Source of the DNA: Fonticula alba ATCC 38817
Lineage: Eukaryota > Protista > Nucleariida
DNA length: 13,987 nt
NCBI GenBank assembly: GCA_000388065.2
Contig: KB932208.1
Strand: one strand, 5' to 3'
Made by a program: the position numbers and the translations under genes. Below, piece by piece: positions 7,182-13,987 of this stretch; the first letter of the stretch is position 1; every line of letters starts with the position of its first letter. The notes beneath the pieces are model-generated. The model did not search any database. It worked only from the letters and a program-made list of their open reading frames with translations, and was not told the origin of the DNA.

Positions 7182-10100
7182 CGCACCGGCGTAGGCCGCC
7201 TCGAAGACCTCCGGCGCGGCGTAGCGCGGGGAGAAGCCGGCCACCACACTCAGGCGGTTAATCGAATCGTGGCTGTCCACAGGGAGAGAGTGAGGGTGCA
7301 CAAAGCGGCCTGCGCGTCAGAACGAGCGAGCGAGCGAGCGAGAGGGCGGCGAAGGAGCCGGAAGACCGAGGGCATGGTCCCCGGACGGAGGAGCATGACC
7401 AGCAGCCAAAGATCCCCCCAAAGAGGCATTGGCGCAGGGCGCAGGGCGCAGGGAGAAGGAAGCCGGGCGGAGGCGAGAGAGGGAGGGAACGCGTACTTGG
7501 TGCGGGCCAGGCCAAAGTCGCAGATGGCCGGCTCGAAGTAGATGACCCGCCTCGGGGCACCATCCGACGCCGGGCCACCGCTGGCCGGGATGGGCATGCG
7601 CGATGCCCGGAGCAGAACATTGGCGCTCTTGATGTCCCGGTGGGCGATGCCGACCGAGTGCATGTCGCGCACGGCCAGGCCAATGCGCCCGATGAGGTGG
7701 CACACCTCATCGGCCGACAGCAAGCCAGCCGACTCGTAGGCCCCCGGGTGCCGGCGACCGAGCGCGGCGAACAACCCCTCCGGCATGGCCTCCGGCTTGT
7801 GCAGGTACGTTTGCAAATCGCTGTCATACAGATGCGTGACAATGGTCCGAGGCCGGGAGGTGAAGCCAATCAGCCGGACCACCGAGTCCTTGAAGGCCAG
7901 TGACCACAGCAGGGCCACCTCCTGGCGGAAGCGCTCATTGTTCTGGTGCTCGGACCGGCTGGCCTGCCCGGACACATGCTTGATGGCCACCACCTCGGAC
8001 CCGGCCCGGGCCACGGCATTGGGATCCAGCAGCCGGCCCCGGTACACGGTGCCGGCGCCGCCCTTGCCGATGGGCTCCAGCTGCTGCAGCTGCTGGGCCC
8101 CGTCAACATTCAGCTCCAGGAAGCCCGGCACCGACACCGACTCGCAGGTGTTCAGCACCGTGGCCTCGGAATCCGTGTAGTTGGCGTTGAAGATGGTCGA
8201 CCGCCGGTGCATCTCCAGCTGCTCGAGCTCCTTCTGCCGGCGGGGGCGCCAGTAGAAGATGTACACACAGAGCAGCAGGATGGCAAGCAGCAGCAGGATC
8301 ACCACGATCGGCACCGCGATGGACACGGCCCGCCGAGAGGAGCTGATCGGCGTCTGCACCGAGAAGCTCAGGGTGTTGGTGCTTCGGCCGGCCATCGGGT
8401 GCACCGCGTGCACCGTCACATCCAGGAAGGCACGCGAGGGGAAGGTCTCGCGGATGAGGACCGTCGGCGAGGTCGTTGTAACCTGGACCAGTGGCGCCGG
8501 ATTGGCGGCGGCGACCGTGGCGGGCTCACCAGCCGCCAGGGCCACCGACGCGGTGGCATTGAACACCTGGATGAGATACTGCGCCGCGTCCGGGGAGGGC
8601 TCCCAGTCGAAGCTGAGCATCTTGCTGGAGATGGACACCTCGCCAATCAGGCCGCCCGGCGGCCGAGGCCGGGTCCAGACAACCGTCTGGAAGATGGGCG
8701 ACCTGTTGTCGGCTGCCGACCCCTCCGGCGACCCGGCCGCAGGCGAGGAGGAAGTGGACGAAGCCGACGCCACGGCCACCACGCTCGATGACGAGGCCGA
8801 CCCCGATGCCGGGGAGCCCGGCGCACGCTCAAGGGCCAGGCGCACGAAGATGTCCCGTGCCCCGGACAGATTCTTGATGGTGAAGGAGCTGGGGAAGGTG
8901 GCCACCCCGGCGGTGGTGCTGGCCGAGCCGGAGGCCAGCGCCTCGCCGAAGGGCAAGCGCGCCACCTCGGTCAGAACCAAGTTCCCCGGCCGGCCCTGGG
9001 AGATGACCACACTGCCGCCGGCCTGCGGCAGGACGTCCGCCTGCATGGTCCAAGACAGGTGCAGGGTGTGGTGCGTGCTCTGGATGTCGACCAGGGCGAA
9101 GACCGACCCATCGCCAGCCGGCAGGGGATCCGGCAGGCAAAGCGTCTCCACCGCGGCCGGCAGCCCGGTCTCCGGGTGCAGGTACTGCGGGTCCCAGGTG
9201 TTGTTGCCGATACACTTCCGATGGGGCTGGCCGGAAAAGCCGGTTGGACAGACCCCGACGGCCCGGTGCCCGGCCACCGTCTTGGGCAGCGAGACCTCCG
9301 ACAGGGGATCGACCCCGGCCGGGCAGCTGTGCTCCACACACGGCTGGCCGCCGACATTTTCGAGGTCCCACTCGCCGGTGGCCATACACCGGAGGACCGG
9401 GGCACCGTCATGGTTCGGCGGACACTGGCCGGTTACCACCTCCCCGACGTTGGAGCGGGGGAAGGACCCAAGCGCCGATTCATACGGCAAGCAATAGGAA
9501 ACTGCCGGGATCATGAGGCCGGGACCGAAGGAGGGGTGGGGGACGGAGTGTGTGTGTGTGTGCGTGTGCGTGTGCGTGTGCGTGTCTGTCAGCGGGGAGG
9601 ACGGCAACAAAGGGAGGCCCAGATCCCATGCTATCGGCAAGTCCCGTCCTGGGTCCTCGCCGCAACTGGAGGCTGGAAAGGATGCGACAATGGGAAAACG
9701 GCAAGAGAGAGAGAGGGGGGAGAGAAAGCGGAAAGAGGACGCACTGAGGCACAGGTCGGTGATCGGCCCCCAGCCGGTGGGCATGCAGTAGCGGCTCTTT
9801 TCACCGGAGTAGATCCCGGTGCAGGAGATCCTGCGTTCGGCCGAGACAATCTGCTCGGGCCAGTGGCCCTCCTCCGGAAGCGCCTCCGAGGGGATGCACT
9901 TGTCGCCTGCGTGGGGGGGGGGGGGGGGGGGGGGGGAGTGACCGGAGAAATGCCGGCCAGCAGGAGAAGCCCAGGGACAGGCGGCACAAACTCGGTAAGC
10001 ACGGGCACACCACGCGGAGGGACCGGAGGGGAAGGGAGCGAGGACCGGAGGAAACGTACGGACACACGCGCCATCGACCATCGAGTGGGTGGAAGGGCAA

Positions 10101-10716
10101 CTGCAGCCACCATTCGGGGTGCAAATCATGTCCGGGGTGCACACCTCCACCTTCATCCCGATGAAGGTGAAGAAAGAGTCGATGAACCGCATACAGTCCT
10201 CCCCATCAACCGGGCGCATATGGACGAGAGTCTATGCATGAAAAGAGGGCGCAATAGGTGAGTGCGGGCTTGATCCCATTCAGCCGGGCTGGCGGCGAGG
10301 GAGGGGGGGGGGGGGGGGGTGCAAGAGGTGACACATGGCAAGCGCACCGTTTTGCGCTCATAAAAAACGTCCTTGAAGAAGATGGATGCCAGGGACAGAG
10401 GCATGGGCATCACATGGAAGGCGCCGCCCTCACTTTGCACCGCACAAGGGAGGAAAGGAGGCCGACGATGGCACAACGCGAAGCAATGGATGTCCGCCTG
10501 GTGAGAAACAAAAAAAAACACCGTCAAAGGGTGTGGGGGCAAAGGGATCCCCAAAGGGAGGTCGTACATTTCGACAGTCTCATGGTAGCCGGGGTAGGTG
10601 GTGTGGGCGCCATCGATGGCCGTGACGGCGAAGGCGTGGCAATTGGAGAAATGCATGTTCGCCGAGAAGGTGTTGCTTTTGAGGATGATCATGCGTCAGG
10701 TCAGGGGCAGAGAGAG

Positions 10717-10808
<92 letters not shown>

Positions 10809-11584
10809 GCAGGAGGCGGGGGCGTTGATGTCAAAGGCCGGCTGCCCGGGCTCTGATCCGACGAGGAGGCCATGGGCGTACAAGGTCGAGGGGTCGATGA
10901 AGTACTGCGTCGAATAGGGAAGCAGGTAATCCACGTAGTCCGATGTGGGATAGTAGAACAGGGACGTTTCGCGTCCGCACAGGGTATAAGGGCCGATGGA
11001 CTCCTCAAACTGCATCATTCAACGCAAGCGAGAGCATGTCAGAGCCAAGGCAAGGAAGAGGAGGGGGAGCGGGGGGGGGGGGGGCGAGAAAAAAAACCAG
11101 CCCTCCCACCCCGGTCCCCGTGAGGTGCCGGTCCCAGCCAAACACATGTGCGAAAAGATCCGGGAGGACGTACAACGAGCTCCGGCATGGTGAATTGGGC
11201 CACCGGGCCACCATTAAAGAGGCTCGAGGCACCCAAGTCAAAACGATAGTACGGGCTCACCGTGGAAGTGTCGAGGTCTGCTTCGTCTTGGAGATCGTGG
11301 TACGAGGCCATGTATGGGCCGGAAGTGATGACCAAGAAAAAGTACCTCCGCCAACCATCCTCGCTGAGAGTCACTTTGAATATGTCGGGCGGGGTGACGA
11401 GATTGTCCTCCTCGGGAGGCGGCATCAGGGGCAGAGACGGATCGCGAACCACACACCGGGGGTAGGGACTGACATAGTCACTGGCGGCATGGACGGCATC
11501 GCCATTGCTGTGGCTGGGCCGGGCAAAGAGGTGATCCATCCGCGGGGAGTAGGCGCTACCGGTAGCGGTGGCGGCGGCGGTGGC

Positions 11585-11631
<47 letters not shown>

Positions 11632-12019
11632 TGCTGCTGGAGCCCGGCGGGTCGGGGCATGAGCACTTCTTGTAGGGATGCGGCAGGGAAGAGCCGCCCG
11701 ACGAAGGAGTGGAGGGCTGTGGCGGCGGGGCCAGGCAGCTGGGATCAACATCGAGGCCCTCTACATGATGGCGGTAGTCCGGGGCGATCGGCCGAGCGGT
11801 GGCGGGAGCTCGAGCCCGGCGTGCGATCATTTGTCGAGCCGCTTGGATGACCTCCGGCGACCGGAGGAGGGGGGAATCAGACGGCACAGGGGCCGTCTGG
11901 ACGGTGAACTCCCGCGGCGATGCGGCGGTGCCGGTGGCGATCAGAGCGCAGCAGTACAACGCCAGGGACAGCACCAGCAGGGCATACTGGCGCCGGCGAG
12001 GCGCCAAGAGGCCGGCCAT
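7182..12019 (-). CDS. Single-pass receptor-like TKL-group Ser/Thr protein kinase, 3'-incomplete (at least 1199 aa). Exons: 12019-11174, 11009-10882, 10675-10568, 10432-10348, 10231-10060, 9906-9745, 9501-7497, 7272-7182; remainder probably in gap 6178-6977
   Basis: The exon chain joins in frame at GT..AG sites with compatible phases (0,2,2,0,1,1,2). It starts with a signal peptide (MAGLLAPRRRQYALLVLSLALYCCALIATG) and has a TM helix at 8329-8249. Kinase motifs: GKGGAG 8068-8051, VAIK (K at 7981-7979), alphaC RFRQE, HRDIKSAN 7642-7619, DFG 7519-7511, and GFSPRYAAPE (APE 7217-7209). Internal 5' exon boundaries and the last donor (7181 versus 7186) are less certain than the kinase itself. Confidence 0.88.
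8249..8329 (-). other. Transmembrane helix of the receptor kinase
   Basis: 27 hydrophobic residues (AVSIAVPIVVILLLLAILLLCVYIFYW) followed by the basic stop-transfer motif RPRRQK. Confidence 0.9.
8352..9100 (-). other. Two fibronectin type III-like domains (about 9100-8831 and 8671-8352) separated by a Ser/Ala-rich linker
   Basis: FN3-like signatures: STHHTLHLSWT...FTIKNLSG...IFVRL, and PPGGL....ISSKMLSFDWEPSPDAAQYLIQV...VTVHAV. Boundaries are approximate. Confidence 0.6.
9137..9906 (-). other. Three tandem Cys-rich HRM/hormone-receptor-domain-like (or Sushi-like) modules in the kinase ectodomain
   Basis: The pattern C...[WFL]P......C....G...R/L.C....W....C recurs three times: HWPEQIVSAERRISCTGIYSGEKSRYCMPTGW, FPRSNVGEVVTGQCPPNHDGAPVLRCMATGEW, and LPKTVAGHRAVGVCPTGFSGQPHRKCIGNNTW. 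The span includes intron 9744-9502. Confidence 0.65.
9548..9585. repeat. (TG)n/(TGTGCG)n microsatellite in kinase intron 6
   Basis: Direct reading: 38 nt of purine-pyrimidine alternation. Confidence 0.9.
10709..10808. repeat. (GA)n microsatellite of about 100 nt with occasional C interruptions, inside kinase intron 2
   Basis: Direct reading. It reads (CT)n on the sense (-) strand and lies within intron 10881-10676. Confidence 0.95.
11588..11629 (-). repeat. (GCC)14 trinucleotide repeat encoding poly-Ala in the kinase ectodomain
   Basis: 14 perfect GGC units on +, translating to SSSS-A14-TATAAATAT. Confidence 0.93.
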
Positions 12020-12053
12020 GGTACGATGCCTGGGAGCCTGAGACTGGTGGGCA

Positions 12054-12105
12054 GCGAGAGGAGCAGGCGAGAGGAGCAGGCGAGAGGAGCAGGCGAGAGG
12101 AGCAG
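12054..12105. repeat. Minisatellite (GCGAGAGGAGCAG)x4
   Basis: Four exact 13-nt copies start at 12054, 12067, 12080 and 12093, lying 35-86 nt upstream of the kinase ATG. Confidence 0.95.
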
Positions 12106-12295
12106 GGCGTGAGGGGGGGGGGGTGTCGGGGATTGCAAATTGCCAGCCGGAAATAATGGTGACCGGGGGGGCGCGGGCCGGGGGGCCGCCGGGCTGGGCG
12201 CCGATAAAGAGCCGGCCAGTGGCCGGCAAGATAGCGAGGGGAAAGGGGGCGCCGCTCGGGCACATGCTCCGGCCCCGGGCTGCCCCGGTTGCCAG

Positions 12296-12606
12296 NNNNN
12301 NNNNNNNNNNNNNNNNNNNNNNNNNNNNNNNNNNNNNNNNNNNNNNNNNNNNNNNNNNNNNNNNNNNNNNNNNNNNNNNNNNNNNNNNNNNNNNNNNNNN
12401 NNNNNNNNNNNNNNNNNNNNNNNNNNNNNNNNNNNNNNNNNNNNNNNNNNNNNNNNNNNNNNNNNNNNNNNNNNNNNNNNNNNNNNNNNNNNNNNNNNNN
12501 NNNNNNNNNNNNNNNNNNNNNNNNNNNNNNNNNNNNNNNNNNNNNNNNNNNNNNNNNNNNNNNNNNNNNNNNNNNNNNNNNNNNNNNNNNNNNNNNNNNN
12601 NNNNNN
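12296..12606. other. Assembly gap (311 N)
   Basis: N run followed by G13. Confidence 1.
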
Positions 12607-13534
12607 GGGGGGGGGGGGGACACATGCACACACACGCACACACGTACACACGCATGCGCATGCACATGCGTTGAGCTGCGCAATCCAGCTGGTCTGCCGA
12701 GGGGATCCCGGCGCCGGGCGCATGCCCTCTGGGTGCCCGATCGAGAAAGGAGCACGCAGCGCACCACGGGCCGGGTCAACTCCGCGAGAGGGTTCCATGC
12801 TGGTGTGGGCACAGCCCCGTATCGCTGGCGGCGCGCCGGAGGTCACCCAGGCGGGAACCGGGGAGGGACGGACCCGCCGCCCCCGCCGCCCCCGGCGGCC
12901 TCTACAAAGTAGATGGGGCCAGAAGGGCCAGGGTGGGGCGGGGGGGGGGGTGGGCGCCGCGCACGCGCGCGCGGGCACATTCTCACGAAATGTCCGGCAA
13001 ACACGAGGGAAAAAAGTGCCTGTCCAGCACGCAAGAATGCGCGGAGGGCCTCTCGAAATGGACGCCGCCGGCAGGACAGCGGTTTCATCCCCGTCCAGAG
13101 GGCCCGAGGGAGGTTGTCAGGGCGACGATCCCGGCCGCGGTGGCGGTGGGACTTTTCACGCCCACCGGGGACCAGCGCGCGCGCACACCGGGCCGGAAAC
13201 AGCCCAAAGCCGGCCTTACCCCTTGCTGCCGTTGGGCAGGGGGCGCGGCCGTGTGGGCGCGCGCGTCGTATGGGCGCGCGCCTCCCACCCGGCCGCGGGC
13301 CCATCCCCCACCGAGCATCTGCCTGGCCGGGAGGAGAGGCGCGCTCACGGGGCCGGGAGACCGCGCTGGAAAAAAAAACCAGAAAAAAAAACAGGCACGA
13401 CTAAGTCACAAAAGAGAGGACGCCGGAGGAATGCGATCCCCGGTCTCCCGGCGGGTCTGGACGACCGCGGTCGGTGCAGCGGTCGGTGCCGCGGTACAAC
13501 CCGCGGCTCTCCTGGAGGGGAGGCGGCCGGGGGG

Positions 13535-13543
13535 AGAGAGAGC

Positions 13544-13577
<34 letters not shown>

Positions 13578-13578
13578 G
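13535..13578. repeat. (GA)n microsatellite
   Basis: Direct reading. Confidence 0.9.
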
Positions 13579-13987
13579 GTAGGGAGACGGAGGCCGCCTT
13601 CCCACAGGGGAAAAGGGGCCGGCTCGAGGTCCGGGCCGGTGGGCCCCTGGCTGCAACCCACCCCCAAACATCCCCCAGTGCCCCTGTCCGTCTCTGGCCC
13701 CGCGCCCACATGGCCGTGCAAGCGCGGTCGCCAGCCCCTCCCCGCCCCAGCTCCCCGCCCCCCAGCCAGGCGGGAGTCGGGAAATTGCCGTCAAGCAGCA
13801 GCCCCGGCACCGGCGGGCACCCCTGCCCCCCGCCCAGGGAGGCCCTATTATTGCGGAAAGTGTGGGGCATCTTACGCGCCCATCGTCCCGCTTGGACAAG
13901 CCCCTGGCTGGCTCTCGGCCGGCCCCCGCGTCACGGCCGAGCCCGCCTCTGTACTCGCCCGCCGTTCGCCCGGGGGGGGGGGGGGGG

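Noticed and set aside
5115-7301. ORFs spanning N gaps (728, 469, 542 and 480 aa entries)
   Set aside because: Their lengths are inflated by translating Ns. Only the parts assigned to real exons are supported.
7946-10261. Long + strand ORFs (281, 412 and 400 aa) opposite the kinase
   Set aside because: Antisense shadows of the GC-rich kinase exons with no independent domain signal.
13843-13875. PYYCGKCGASY, resembling the start of a C2H2 zinc finger
   Set aside because: No downstream His pair, no in-frame ATG nearby, and flanking codons look non-coding. Probably chance.
13710-13987. ATG-initiated + frame open to the window end (MAVQARSPAPP...)
   Set aside because: Pro/Ser-rich with no recognisable motif. 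Open frames of this length are expected at this GC content, and the local G-run polarity favours the - strand.
1-13987. tRNA, rRNA, snRNA or transposon
   Set aside because: No cloverleaf/box A-B pattern, conserved rRNA segments, TIRs with TSDs, or transposase/RT motifs were seen by eye. tRNAscan-SE and Infernal were not run.

Overview
This is GC-rich, intron-containing eukaryotic (protist-like) genomic DNA, not prokaryotic. It has three N gaps (4635-4754, 6178-6977, 12296-12606), many G/C homopolymers and many microsatellites. The style (GC content, microsatellite-filled introns, TKL receptor kinase with SPRYAAPE) suggests a Fonticula-like unicellular opisthokont, but that is inference only. 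Four genes are supported. (1) A 5'-partial delta-12/omega-6 fatty acid desaturase on + (to 1198). (2) A WDR89-like WD40 protein on - (3541-2138). (3) A five-exon ERG28-like gene on + (4818-5759), which the ORF track fragments. (4) A single-pass receptor-like TKL Ser/Thr kinase on - with at least 8 exons (12019 to about 7182), whose C-lobe end probably lies in the 800-N gap. Its ectodomain is a mosaic: signal peptide, poly-Ala, an unrecognised ~300-aa region, an EGF-like Cys module, three HRM-like Cys modules and two FN3-like domains. This kinase is the most interesting biology in the window. A 138-bp direct duplication separated by 19 nt of Illumina TruSeq adapter (4175-4469) is an assembly artefact. 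I see no CRISPR array, RNA gene or mobile element. Most other ORF-track entries are GC-rich shadow frames.
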